A DNA stretch of 44,226 bases from UHGV virus genome UHGV-0346409; one strand, given 5' to 3'. The DNA is from a virus. The translations under genes and the position numbers were made by a program. The notes beneath the pieces are model-generated. The model was not told the DNA's origin, ran no database searches, and saw nothing but the letters and a program-made list of their open reading frames with translations. Of this stretch, positions 22,297 through 31,597 are shown one piece after another. Each line of letters begins with the position of its first letter. The first letter of the stretch is position 1.

Positions 22297-22575
22297 ATGT
22301 CACAGTTTTTGTTCGTTGGTGGGCCTTTTCACGGTCGTGTTGAAGACATTTATTCTAATTCCGCTATTGAACCCGTAGGTAGCACGGAGTTAAGGGTTTC
22401 TGTGGGGGATGAGGTAGTAATTTATGAACGCTCCGATTTTAGTCGATGGAATGGACCGCATTATCGCGTTGCAGTTGCAAATGGCGCGAGTGAGTTAATT
22501 CCTCAGACTATCGACGAGATGAATTATCACACATCTAAAATTTCTCCTATTTCGAAAGTTACTAGCACTGACTAA
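22297..22575 (+). CDS. Hypothetical protein
   Basis: 92-aa ORF in an AT-rich segment. Confidence 0.45.
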   Translation: MSQFLFVGGPFHGRVEDIYSNSAIEPVGSTELRVSVGDEVVIYERSDFSRWNGPHYRVAVANGASELIPQTIDEMNYHTSKISPISKVTSTD

Positions 22576-22913
22576 TAGCCCGGATAGTGACCTTCAAAGA
22601 TGTGCACGGGATGTTTTGTACGTGCATATTCAGCAAGGATTTTGTTTGTTAAAGGTGTCTTGAGTGTTGTTGGCTCTTTTAATAGATCGATGGCATCAAG
22701 ACGCCTTAGTGCATCGCCCTTCAGATAATTTATCGTAATGGTTGTGATTAAAAAATCACCGCAAAAACCACTGCAATGAATTTTCCAGCACGTATCGTGA
22801 TTTGTCCATGTGGCATCAGAGCCGCATACAGGGCAATTTTTTGATTCCTGCATACCAATAACCATAGAGCATTTCTCTTCATTGAATGTTCGAGTTAAAA
22901 GCATAGACGACAT
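22572..22913 (-). CDS. Hypothetical Cys-rich (zinc-ribbon-like) protein
   Basis: 113 aa. CPVCGS...CWKIHCSGFCGD. It is convergent with the previous gene, overlapping by 4 nt. Confidence 0.5.
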   Translation of the reverse strand: MSSMLLTRTFNEEKCSMVIGMQESKNCPVCGSDATWTNHDTCWKIHCSGFCGDFLITTITINYLKGDALRRLDAIDLLKEPTTLKTPLTNKILAEYARTKHPVHIFEGHYPGY

Positions 22914-22944
22914 CTGGGCACCATGAGAATACAGTAGGATTTAA

Positions 22945-23115
22945 TTACATGAGCTAACCGGGACTGGGCTTGAGCTTCAGAAGCGATTCCTGTCCGAGTA
23001 CGTCAAATCATGTGTATCACCGAAAGAATGGTGTGACGCGCAGGGACTGAGCTTCGCAACAGCTCGCCGACGTATAAAAAACAACTGCGCAATGTGCCAA
23101 AGAGCTGGTGGCTGA
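22945..23115 (+). pseudogene. Start-less fragment resembling the HTH N-terminus of a small terminase or DNA-binding protein
   Basis: Open frame ...LELQKRFLSEYVKSCVSPKEWCDAQGLSFATARRRIKNN.... It has no ATG, is bounded by stops, and is about 56 codons long. Confidence 0.3.
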
Positions 23116-23181
23116 TGAAAGAGACGCTTTACTTAAACGAGAGGCCGCCTTTTTGTTTTAAGGCGGCACACATTCAACAGG

Positions 23182-23427
23182 TTAAGGTAACCGATTTGAC
23201 CATTTAGTTGCACGCCAGTTGTTCTGAATCATAATCTCCTCAAGTATCTCATCTGAAGGCTCTGCTTCGCCGCTTAACCATTCTCTTAAAGTTGGACAAT
23301 GTAGGTAAGAGGAGTTCGCACGATAAAAAGATACGATGGCGTCCTCTGATAACTTCTCAGGAAATTTTTTGGGGTCAGCTTCTTTTAATATTACGCTCAT
23401 TAAGGCTTCGATTTTTTCTTTGTTCAT
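23182..23427 (-). CDS. Hypothetical protein (81 aa from MNKEKIEAL)
   Basis: The C-terminal part of the 187-aa track ORF is protein-like. The N-terminal extension runs through AT-rich promoter-like DNA and looks spurious. Confidence 0.45.
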   Translation of the reverse strand: MNKEKIEALMSVILKEADPKKFPEKLSEDAIVSFYRANSSYLHCPTLREWLSGEAEPSDEILEEIMIQNNWRATKWSNRLP

Positions 23428-23669
23428 TTTTTTTGTGTGCTCATGGTTGTTGCTTTTCTGTAAGAATATCAATAATTTCAAGATATATACACATAGGGAA
23501 AACTTTGTTCGGTAGTCTATCGATACAGCGCAAAAGGATGGCTCGCTGCCAAAGTGAAAGCTTACGCTGATAATGAGATACACAAAGCTGATGTATGCAA
23601 ACAAGTACGCCGCGAGGCTACAGTCGAGTTTGATGAACCTGATGCGAGCCCCCGATTCCTGTCCTGAAA

Positions 23670-23799
23670 GGGATATAGCCCCCCTGGTCGCGGGTCCTTT
23701 CCGAAATTCAAAACACCGAGGGTCGGTAGACGCGCAAAAACTCACTCATTTTTAGTATTTTTTCATTTTATGTATTTCCGGTTCCGGTGAGGATTTTTA
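23670..23799. other. Candidate cos region upstream of Nu1
   Basis: GGTCGCGGGTCCTTTCCGAAATT and TTTCCGGTTCCGG resemble my recollection of lambda cosN/cosB flanks (CGCGGGTTTTCGC, TTTTCCGGTTT). The position is correct for a lambda-type terminase. Confidence 0.3.
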
Positions 23800-24366
23800 A
23801 TGGCAAGTCAGGCTGAGGTCGCAGCACATTTACTGCTATCAGATCGTCGTCTGCGCGATCTCGCAAAACTTCCGGGAGCACCAGTCCCACAAGGACGTGG
23901 TGATTGGGAGCTAGACGCCTGGCGCCATTTCTATATTCATTATCTCCGGAGTAATAGACGCGACACAGTTGGTACTGACGAACCGGAAGTGGGGGACAAT
24001 TCTCCCGAAAAAAATCGCGAGCAGTGGCTGAAAAATGAGGAACGACAGGAGCGAATCCTGATGGCTCGCGTGAAACGCCGCATTCTTGCTAAACGCTACG
24101 CGCCAATTGAATTAATCAGCGTCGCTGTATCTCGCGTCGCAGTTGAATTACGTACCCGTGTCGAATCGTGGCCACCACGGTTGAAAAAGGTGTGGCCTGA
24201 AATGCCGCAGGAGGCGAGCAGTGTTTTACGAGAGGAGCTGGCGATAGCCCTGAATGAACTGGCAGACATACGAGTCGACTTCAGCGATTACGATGTCAGC
24301 GATATCGAACGCGATCTCGACAGGGTTGAATCCCTTGCGCGTGACGATACCGATGACGGGGGTTGA
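23800..24366 (+). CDS. Terminase small subunit, lambda Nu1-like
   Basis: 188 aa with an N-terminal winged-HTH-like segment (QAEVAAHLLLSDRRLRDLAKLPGAPV). It is adjacent to the gpA-like large subunit. Confidence 0.65.
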   Translation: MASQAEVAAHLLLSDRRLRDLAKLPGAPVPQGRGDWELDAWRHFYIHYLRSNRRDTVGTDEPEVGDNSPEKNREQWLKNEERQERILMARVKRRILAKRYAPIELISVAVSRVAVELRTRVESWPPRLKKVWPEMPQEASSVLREELAIALNELADIRVDFSDYDVSDIERDLDRVESLARDDTDDGG

Positions 24367-26218
24367 GTGGGCTGATAAATATTTTTATCTCCCTGAGGGC
24401 TCCAGCCACATCGCTGGCCACTGGACGACTCAGCCGGTCCAGGTAGTGATGCTCAATATGATGACTAACGACGCGATAAAAATCGTGTCTGTTCGCAAAT
24501 CAGCTCGTCTCGGTTATACAAAAATACTCGTCGCGGCGCTGCTCTATTTCGCTGAGCACAAAAAACGTAGTGCCGTGGTCTATCAGCCTATCGATGACGA
24601 ATCGGATGGATTTGTTGCCGACGAGGTTGACCCCGCTATCGCCGAAATGCCGGTGATTCAGAAAATTTTCCCCGACTGGGATAAAAGCAACGAGCGTAAC
24701 AATCTCCAGCGTAAAGAAATGAGCGGCGCGATTATTGATTTTCGCGGCGCGAGTGCACCAGGAAATTTCCGGCGACTAACGAAACAGGTTGTCGAGGGTG
24801 ACGAAGTTGACGGCTGGCCGCTGGAAGTTGCCAAAAAAGGCAAAGGCGAGGGCTCGCCCATCGAACTGGCGCTCGTTCGAATTAAAGGGGCAGCGTACCC
24901 GAAGGCGATTTTCGGCTCGACGCCAACCGTCACCGGAAAAAGTCATATTGAAATGCTGGAGGATGCCGCTGACCTGACGTTTCGTTTTTACCTGAAATGT
25001 CCGCATTGTGGCGAGGAGCAGGTCCTGGTATTTGGTTTCGACGGCATCGAATATGGCCTCAAATGGGATAATAGCCTGCAGACAAATGAGGCGAAATCGT
25101 CGTCCGCGTATTACCAGTGCTGCCACTGTCCTGAGCATTTTTACTATCGCGATCTCGAAAAAATGGAGCTCGCGGGGCGCTGGATAGCAGAGGACTGCAC
25201 CTGGACGCGGGACGGTATTCGTTTTTTTGATCACGACGGTGGTGTCGTTCGCGCGCCGAAACACGCGGCGATCGTGATAAACGCCATGTATTCGCTGAAT
25301 CTCGACGGCTGGGGCGAGATTGTCAGCGAGTGGCTGAAAGCGAAGGGCGATCCGCTCAAAGAAAAGACGTTTCATAACACGACGCTCGGCGAACTCTGGA
25401 GTGACGTAGCCAGCGAGCAGCTGGAGCACGATATTCTGGTTAATCGCCGGGAAAAATACGCCAGCCAGGTTCCTGACGGTGTTGTTTATCTGACCGGCGG
25501 CATCGACTCTCAGACGTCCGGTCGCTACGAGTGTTACGTGTGGGGCTGGGGAGTGGAGGAGGAGTGCTGGCTGATTGATAAAACAATCGTCCTCGGTCGC
25601 TACGACGAGGAGGACACGCTGCAGCGCGTCGACGGAGTGATTCGCAAACAATACCGGCGCAGCGACGGGACCACAATCGGCGTCAGTCGCTGGGCGTGGG
25701 ATACCGGTGGTATAGATGCGCAGGTCGTTTATAACCGCTCGCTGAAACTCGGTCCGCTGTGGGTCATTCCAATTAAAGGTGCGAGTTCATACGGTCAGCC
25801 AGTCGTAAATATGCCGCGTACACGTAACGCGAATAAAGTCTATTTGTCGTTAATCGGTACTGATACGGCAAAAGATTTGCTCGCAATGCGCCTGCCGCTG
25901 GAACCCGATTCTAAATCGGCGACACCAAGTGCGATTCATTTTCCCAACGACGACGAAATATTCGGCACGACAGAGGCAAAACAGCTCGTCTCTGAAGTTC
26001 TGATCCCGAAACTGATTAACGGTCGCGTCGTTTATCGCTGGGACAACCAGGGCCGGCGAAATGAGGCGCTCGACTGCTGGGTATACGCGCTGGCAGCGCT
26101 ACGTATCAGTAAAATTCGTTTCCAGCTCAATCTCGAGACGCTCGCTGAGCAACGGAAAAAATCACAAAACAAACTGTCTCTCGAGGAGATGGCCAGAATG
26201 CTCGGAGGGAGCTCATGA
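24254..26218 (+). CDS. Terminase large subunit, lambda gpA family
   Basis: VEWADKYFYLPEGSS...VRKSARLGYTK...KCPHCGEEQVLVFG aligns with my recollection of lambda gpA. The start is ambiguous (24254, 24293 or 24353). Confidence 0.92.
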   Translation: MNWQTYESTSAITMSAISNAISTGLNPLRVTIPMTGVEWADKYFYLPEGSSHIAGHWTTQPVQVVMLNMMTNDAIKIVSVRKSARLGYTKILVAALLYFAEHKKRSAVVYQPIDDESDGFVADEVDPAIAEMPVIQKIFPDWDKSNERNNLQRKEMSGAIIDFRGASAPGNFRRLTKQVVEGDEVDGWPLEVAKKGKGEGSPIELALVRIKGAAYPKAIFGSTPTVTGKSHIEMLEDAADLTFRFYLKCPHCGEEQVLVFGFDGIEYGLKWDNSLQTNEAKSSSAYYQCCHCPEHFYYRDLEKMELAGRWIAEDCTWTRDGIRFFDHDGGVVRAPKHAAIVINAMYSLNLDGWGEIVSEWLKAKGDPLKEKTFHNTTLGELWSDVASEQLEHDILVNRREKYASQVPDGVVYLTGGIDSQTSGRYECYVWGWGVEEECWLIDKTIVLGRYDEEDTLQRVDGVIRKQYRRSDGTTIGVSRWAWDTGGIDAQVVYNRSLKLGPLWVIPIKGASSYGQPVVNMPRTRNANKVYLSLIGTDTAKDLLAMRLPLEPDSKSATPSAIHFPNDDEIFGTTEAKQLVSEVLIPKLINGRVVYRWDNQGRRNEALDCWVYALAALRISKIRFQLNLETLAEQRKKSQNKLSLEEMARMLGGSS

Positions 26219-26448
26219 TGTCGCGCGAGGTTTTAACAGAACGGCTGCTGGAAGCTGAAATTGCCCTGCACAAATTATTAACGGGTAGATCGACTGTATC
26301 GCTGTCTCACGGCGATTCAGCGGGAAATAACCGGAGCTATCAATACTCACAGGCGAGTATTGAACAGCTCCGAACGTACATTATCGAGCTGAAATCACAG
26401 CTCGGTCTGAGTACGGGACGCCGCCGTCCCGTGGGAGTTCGATTATGA
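26215..26448 (+). CDS. Head-tail joining protein, lambda gpW-like
   Basis: 77 aa. Position and pattern (ALHKLLTG...QLRTYIIELKSQLG...RRRP) are like gpW. Confidence 0.6.
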   Translation: MMSREVLTERLLEAEIALHKLLTGRSTVSLSHGDSAGNNRSYQYSQASIEQLRTYIIELKSQLGLSTGRRRPVGVRL

Positions 26449-28016
26449 CTGCTCAGCAGTTGCTCGGGCCTGACGGTAAAACGCCACTACGCCGTTACGC
26501 GGGGTATAACGGCGGCGGTCCCGGCTTCGGTGGCCAGCTGATTGACTGGAATGCACCACAGCAAAGCGCCGATGCGGCACTGCTGCCTAATTTTTATCGC
26601 GGTAACGCGCGAGCAGACGATCTCGTTCGTAATAACGGCGTCGCGTCGAACGCCGTGCAGCTGCATCAGGATCATATCGTCGGCAATCTGTTTAAGTTGA
26701 GTTATCGCCCTAACTGGCGTTACATCGGGATATCTCGCGAGGACGCCAGGGCGCTGGCGCGTGACGTTGAGGTCGCGTGGACTGAATACGCCGAGGACCC
26801 TCACTGCACGATTGATATCGAGCGGAAACGGACGTTCACAATGATGATTCGCGAAGGCGTGGCCACTCACGCGTTCAACGGTGAAACCTGCGTACAACCG
26901 GTGTGGGAGAGCTGCGCCGGCAGCGTTTTTCGGACGCGATTCAAAATGGTCTCACCGAAACGAATTCGAAATCCTGGCTACGCAGCTGACACTCAATTTC
27001 GCCGCGCCGGTGTTGATATCGATAAAAACGGGGCCGCGGTTGGGTACTGGATAGCCGAGGATACCTATCCCCTCGGCGGAGTTGGTAAATGCCGGCGCAT
27101 ACCAGCAAAACTCAGCAGCGGCAGACACGCATTCATTCACATATTCGAGCCGCTCGAGGACGGACAAACCCGCGGAGATAACATTTTTTACAGCGTAATG
27201 GAGCGGCTGAAAATGCTCGATACGCTGCAGCAAACACAGCTGCAGAGCGCCATCGTGAAGGCGATGTACGCCGCCACAATCGAATCAGAGCTCGACAGCC
27301 AGCAGGCGTTTGAATATATCGCCGGCGCGGGTACTGATATCGACTCGAACCCGCTGAGTTCGTTTATTCAGAGTTACGTGACGTACTACAACGGCGCAAA
27401 TATCAAGCTCGGTGGTGTGAAAGTTCCCCACCTGCATCCCGGCGACAAACTCAGTTTACAGACCGCTCAGAATGCTGATGCTGGTTTCAGTTCGCTGGAA
27501 AAATCACTCCTGCGTTACGTTGCCGCTGGCGTCGGCGCGTCATATGAGGAACTGAGTCGGGACTACAGCCAGGTCAGTTACTCCAGCGCGCGGGCCAGCG
27601 CAAACGTGAGCTGGCGTTTTTTCATGGGCCGTCGACGTTTTATCGCCGCACGACAGGCGTCACTGATGTTCTGCTGCTGGTTTGAGGAAGCTCTGGCGCG
27701 CGGAGTTATCACCCTGCCACGCTCAGCGGTCCGGTCGTTTTATGAAGCGCGGAACTCCTGGACGAACGCGCTCTGGATCGGCGCTGGTCGCATGGCGATT
27801 GATGGGCTGAAAGAGGTTCAGGAGAGCGCCATGCGCATCACGACTGGCCTCAGCACGTATCAGAACGAACTCGCGCTGCAGGGGCAGGACTACGAGGAGG
27901 TCATGGAACAACAGGAATACGAAATTCAGCGCCGGCGCGAAATGGGGCTGAGCGAACCATCCTGGTCAGTATCTCACCCCTCAAATACCAACGATAACGG
28001 CTGGGGAGGTAACTGA
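26445..28016 (+). CDS. Portal protein, lambda gpB family
   Basis: 523 aa, in the position after gpW. Lambda-family portal features. Confidence 0.85.
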   Translation: MTAQQLLGPDGKTPLRRYAGYNGGGPGFGGQLIDWNAPQQSADAALLPNFYRGNARADDLVRNNGVASNAVQLHQDHIVGNLFKLSYRPNWRYIGISREDARALARDVEVAWTEYAEDPHCTIDIERKRTFTMMIREGVATHAFNGETCVQPVWESCAGSVFRTRFKMVSPKRIRNPGYAADTQFRRAGVDIDKNGAAVGYWIAEDTYPLGGVGKCRRIPAKLSSGRHAFIHIFEPLEDGQTRGDNIFYSVMERLKMLDTLQQTQLQSAIVKAMYAATIESELDSQQAFEYIAGAGTDIDSNPLSSFIQSYVTYYNGANIKLGGVKVPHLHPGDKLSLQTAQNADAGFSSLEKSLLRYVAAGVGASYEELSRDYSQVSYSSARASANVSWRFFMGRRRFIAARQASLMFCCWFEEALARGVITLPRSAVRSFYEARNSWTNALWIGAGRMAIDGLKEVQESAMRITTGLSTYQNELALQGQDYEEVMEQQEYEIQRRREMGLSEPSWSVSHPSNTNDNGWGGN

Positions 28017-29326
28017 TGCCGTGGAACAATTTTCCGCACCTCGCCGCTAGGGCGTTCAATCAACCGCTTTTGCTGGAGCCCGCCTACGCGCGGGTATTTT
28101 TTTCTGCGCTGAGCGACCGGTTCGGTACCGGGCGACTGATTGATACAGCGTCAGGAGAGGTAATGAACAGCGACGAAATGAACGCGCTCGCGATGGGGTG
28201 GGACAGCAGCGAGCGAACACGCCAGAAATCGTATCGCGTGGAGCGTGGTATAGCCGTTCTGCCGGTTACCGGGACGCTGGTTCATAAATTGGGTTATATC
28301 AATCCGGTCAGCGGGATGAGTGGTTACGACGGAATCGCAAAACGCCTGCAGCAGGCGATTTCTGATCCCGATGTTAAGGGGATCCTGCTGGATATTGATT
28401 CCCCTGGCGGTGAGGTCGCCGGCGCGTTTGATACCGCTGATTTAATCGCCCGGGCGCGAGAGCAAAAACCGGTGTGGGCGCTGGCCAGCGATACGGCCTG
28501 CAGCGCCGCATATTTGCTGGCGTCAGCGTGTTCGCGCCGGCTGATAACGCAGACCGGCACGGTTGGTTCAATCGGTGTCCTGATGGCTCACCGCTGCGTC
28601 GAAAAGGCGCTGGAGATTGCCGGCGTTGACGTGACGCTGATTTACGCCGGCGCGCACAAAGTCGACGGGAACCCGTATTCCCAGCTGCCCGACGACGTTC
28701 GCGACGAATTCCAGCTGAGTATTAACAGCACACGCGAGCAGTTCGCGCAAAAAGTCTCGGATTATACCGGGCTGAAAAAATCCAGGGTGCTGGCCACAGA
28801 GGCCGCAGTATTTATCGGCGCGGACGCGATTAAATCTGGTCTCGCTGATCAACTCGTTAATTACGCGGACGCTATCGCAGTGATGGCCGACGCACTGAAA
28901 CCAAAAACGGAGCGATTTATGCCAGGTACAACAGAAACCACGGCGGAGACCACGACCACAGAACAAACCGCGGCTACGACTACGGTCGCGCCGGTTGAGT
29001 CCAACGCGGAGCAGATTCGCGCGGACGCCGCATCGAGCGAACTGGCACGCGTGATGGCCATCATCAACTGTCCCGAAGCTGTTGGGCGCGAGGCGCAGGC
29101 AAAAGCGCTCGCTGCCGTCCCCGGGATGACGGTCGGGCAGGCGCAGGCTGTCCTCGCGGCAGCACCGCAAACAGCGCAGGCGCGGACAGAAACGGCGCTC
29201 GATACACTCATGAGCACTGAATCACCGGAAACTATTCAGGATGCCGGCAGCACCACGGCAACAGGAACAACCGCAAACGTCTCGATGCTGGTCGCGGCAG
29301 GGCGTTCAATTTTAGGGGATGAATAA
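28016..29326 (+). CDS. Head maturation protease / scaffold, S49 (SppA/ClpP-like), lambda gpC-like
   Basis: GILLDIDSPGGEVAG and ACSAAYLLASAC motifs. Ala/Thr-rich C-terminal scaffold-like region. Confidence 0.85.
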   Translation: MPWNNFPHLAARAFNQPLLLEPAYARVFFSALSDRFGTGRLIDTASGEVMNSDEMNALAMGWDSSERTRQKSYRVERGIAVLPVTGTLVHKLGYINPVSGMSGYDGIAKRLQQAISDPDVKGILLDIDSPGGEVAGAFDTADLIARAREQKPVWALASDTACSAAYLLASACSRRLITQTGTVGSIGVLMAHRCVEKALEIAGVDVTLIYAGAHKVDGNPYSQLPDDVRDEFQLSINSTREQFAQKVSDYTGLKKSRVLATEAAVFIGADAIKSGLADQLVNYADAIAVMADALKPKTERFMPGTTETTAETTTTEQTAATTTVAPVESNAEQIRADAASSELARVMAIINCPEAVGREAQAKALAAVPGMTVGQAQAVLAAAPQTAQARTETALDTLMSTESPETIQDAGSTTATGTTANVSMLVAAGRSILGDE

Positions 29327-29655
29327 TGACCACAGAAACGTATAGCCCGGATGATTTTATTCTGGGACCCGATCTTGTTGTGACGACCGTCGGTCATTTT
29401 CAGGGCGGGATCAACGTACCCCGGCTGACACCGATTATGCTCGACGCTACTGCCGGGACGTTTAAAGTCTGGGACGGCTCAATTGGTAAGGCGGTTGGTC
29501 TCACAGCCACAGCAGTTAATACAGGCTCCAGTTCTGCAGACTGCTCGTACTACAAATCAGGATCGTTTCGTTATACGGCGATTAACTGGGGTACGGTTAC
29601 TGACGTCGCTAAACGCAAATCAGCGTTTGCTGGTACGCCAGTCAGCGTTGGCTGA
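29326..29655 (+). CDS. Head decoration protein, lambda gpD-like
   Basis: LTPIMLDATAGTFKVWDG...YYKSGSFRY...KRKSAFAGTPVSVG parallels lambda gpD. Confidence 0.85.
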   Translation: MTTETYSPDDFILGPDLVVTTVGHFQGGINVPRLTPIMLDATAGTFKVWDGSIGKAVGLTATAVNTGSSSADCSYYKSGSFRYTAINWGTVTDVAKRKSAFAGTPVSVG

Positions 29656-29680
29656 TAGCAAAAAAAAAACTCAAAACAAG

Positions 29681-29701
29681 CCGCCTCCGGGCGGTTTTTT
29701 T
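29681..29701 (+). terminator. Terminator-like hairpin between the decoration and capsid genes
   Basis: CCGCC-TCCG-GGCGG followed by TTTTTTT. Confidence 0.5.
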
Positions 29702-29716
29702 ATACAGGATATATAA

Positions 29717-30751
29717 ATGAGCGATTCGTTTACTACGTCAGAACTGATTACCGCAACGCAGCAGGTATTTAAGTTCAATCCGTTGTTTTTAAGATTGTTT
29801 TTCCGTGAGACCTACACGTTTACGAGCGAAGAGGTTTTTCTGGATAAAATCCCGGGCAAAGTCAATATGGCGGTATATTGCGCGCCGATGATCACCGGCA
29901 AAGTTGACCGCACTCGCGGCTATTCAACGAACCATTTCAAACCGGGTTACACGAAGCCGAAACACACGATCAATCCGAATATGAGCATTAAGCGCGCCGC
30001 CGGTGAGCAAATTGGTCAGCCGGAAACGCCGGTCGAACGTCGTGCAAAAATCATCATGCAGAACCTGCTCGACGAGGAACTCAGCATCAGTCAGCTCGAA
30101 GAGTTCCAGGCAGTGCAGGCGGTTCTGTACGGTAAATACACAGTCTCCGGCAGCAATATCGAGACCTATGAGATCGATATGAGCCGCAGCGCGACGAATA
30201 ACGTCACTCAGTCCGGTTCGACAGCCTGGTCTACTCAGGACGCGGAAACGTATGACCCGAGCGACGATATCGAATCCTATGCAGACCTCGCCTCCGGTGC
30301 TGTTAACGTGATCATCATGGACGGTAAAGCCTGGAAGCAGTTGAAGCGCTTTAAAAAATTCTGGACGGCACTGGATACGCGCCGTGGCTCAAACAGCCAG
30401 CTCGAAGTCGCGCTGAAAAACCTGGGCGATGTCGTTAGCTTTAAGGGCTATTACGGCGACACGGCGCTGTTCGTTTACAAGGGGCAATATATTGACCCTG
30501 TAACAGGCATTGAAACGCGTTATATGCCGGATAACACGATGATCCTGGGCAACACAAAAAATCGCGGACTCCGCACGTATGGCGCGATTCAGGACGAAGA
30601 CGCGCTGAAAGAGGGGATCTGCGAGGCCACGCGCTATCCAAAAGTCTGGACGACGACCGGTGATCCGGCAGTGACGCAGACAATGACTCAATCCGCGCCA
30701 GCAATGGTGCTCACGGACGCTGATGCATTCGTCGTCGTAAAAATCGCGTAA
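29717..30751 (+). CDS. Major capsid protein, lambda gpE family
   Basis: FKFNPLFLRLFFRETYTFTSEEVFLDKIPG...LDTRRGSNSQLE...RYPKVWTTTGDPA closely parallels lambda gpE. Confidence 0.95.
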   Translation: MSDSFTTSELITATQQVFKFNPLFLRLFFRETYTFTSEEVFLDKIPGKVNMAVYCAPMITGKVDRTRGYSTNHFKPGYTKPKHTINPNMSIKRAAGEQIGQPETPVERRAKIIMQNLLDEELSISQLEEFQAVQAVLYGKYTVSGSNIETYEIDMSRSATNNVTQSGSTAWSTQDAETYDPSDDIESYADLASGAVNVIIMDGKAWKQLKRFKKFWTALDTRRGSNSQLEVALKNLGDVVSFKGYYGDTALFVYKGQYIDPVTGIETRYMPDNTMILGNTKNRGLRTYGAIQDEDALKEGICEATRYPKVWTTTGDPAVTQTMTQSAPAMVLTDADAFVVVKIA

Positions 30752-30770
30752 GAGCCGAAAGGCTCTTTTT
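30751..30770 (+). terminator. Terminator-like hairpin after the capsid gene
   Basis: AGAGCC-GAAA-GGCTCT followed by TTTT. Confidence 0.6.
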
Positions 30771-30781
30771 AAGGAATCAAC

Positions 30782-31189
30782 ATGAGCACAAAAACAGAAT
30801 TGCTGGCGCGCATCGATGATCTGAGCGCCCAGCTTGGTCGCGAATTACCGCGTAGCGGGACTATTGCGGAACTGGAATCAATCGTCGCCGGCGCTGAGTC
30901 AGAGCTCGATATTCTGAACGAGCAATCCGGCGACGAGAGTGATGCCGACACTAATGCAAGCGCATCAGATGATGGTGACGGTGCCGAACAACCGTCAATC
31001 GCGAGCACGACGTCACAACCAGAACTGTCCCCCGCCACGCGCCGCGTCAGACTGCGTAACACGCTGGACGTTTATCACTACGTGAACGGGCGTCGCGTTC
31101 GCGAGATTGTTGCTGCTGGCCGGGAAATTGTTGTTGATTCACCGGAGGTTGCAGACCTCATCGCAGCTGATCACGTTTACGCGCTATGA
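30782..31189 (+). CDS. DNA-packaging accessory protein, lambda gpFI-like
   Basis: The N-terminus TKTELLARIDDLSAQLGRELPRSGTIAELE parallels lambda FI (TKDELIARLRSLGEQLNRDVSLTGTKEELA). Confidence 0.65.
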   Translation: MSTKTELLARIDDLSAQLGRELPRSGTIAELESIVAGAESELDILNEQSGDESDADTNASASDDGDGAEQPSIASTTSQPELSPATRRVRLRNTLDVYHYVNGRRVREIVAAGREIVVDSPEVADLIAADHVYAL

Positions 31190-31566
31190 GCTACTACGAT
31201 GACCTCCGGGCTGGCGACGAGGAGATGATCCGTGAGTGGGGATGGCCCGTTAAATTACGCGGTAAAACCGACCCTATTATCGCTATTTTCAACGAGCCTT
31301 ACGCGCGCGTTGACGTTCCTCACGCTGGTTTTATTACCGGTACAGTAACGAGCCTGACAGCGCTTTCAGACGACGTCGCTGGCGTTGTTGCGCGTGACGT
31401 TGTCCAGGTCCCAAAGCAGCGCAGTATCGCTGCTGACGGCTCTGTTACCTGGTCTGACTGGACCGATTACGTGGTTAAAGAGCCTCAACCGGATGGCATC
31501 GGTCTCACGAATATTTTTTTAGAGCCTCACACGTCCAGCGAAAACAGCGAGTATTCAAAATACTAA
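31186..31566 (+). CDS. Head-tail connector, gpFII-like position
   Basis: 126 aa. Assigned mostly by position after FI, with weak pattern similarity. Confidence 0.5.
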   Translation: MSYYDDLRAGDEEMIREWGWPVKLRGKTDPIIAIFNEPYARVDVPHAGFITGTVTSLTALSDDVAGVVARDVVQVPKQRSIAADGSVTWSDWTDYVVKEPQPDGIGLTNIFLEPHTSSENSEYSKY

Positions 31567-31587
31567 GTGGGACCGCGGTCCCACTTA
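31564..31587. repeat. Perfect 11-bp-arm inverted repeat TAAGTGGGACC-GC-GGTCCCACTTA
   Basis: Read directly. It lies between two late genes and overlaps the stop of the upstream gene and the RBS region of the next. Confidence 0.6.
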
Positions 31588-31597
31588 AGGGGGAACC

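Noticed and set aside
23428-23745. N-terminal 106 aa of the 187-aa minus-strand ORF, and the 60-92-aa plus-strand ORFs in the same interval
   Set aside because: The extension crosses AT-rich promoter-like and cos-like DNA with low-complexity hydrophobic translation. The internal ATG at 23427 gives a compact, protein-like 81-aa product.
24776-25651. 291-aa minus-strand ORF inside the terminase large subunit gene. Similar long antisense ORFs occur at 28568..29217, 26487..26897, 3973..4534, 2040..2522 and 39654..40034.
   Set aside because: They are typical GC-rich shadow ORFs, antisense or out of frame to genes with strong family signatures. None has independent support.
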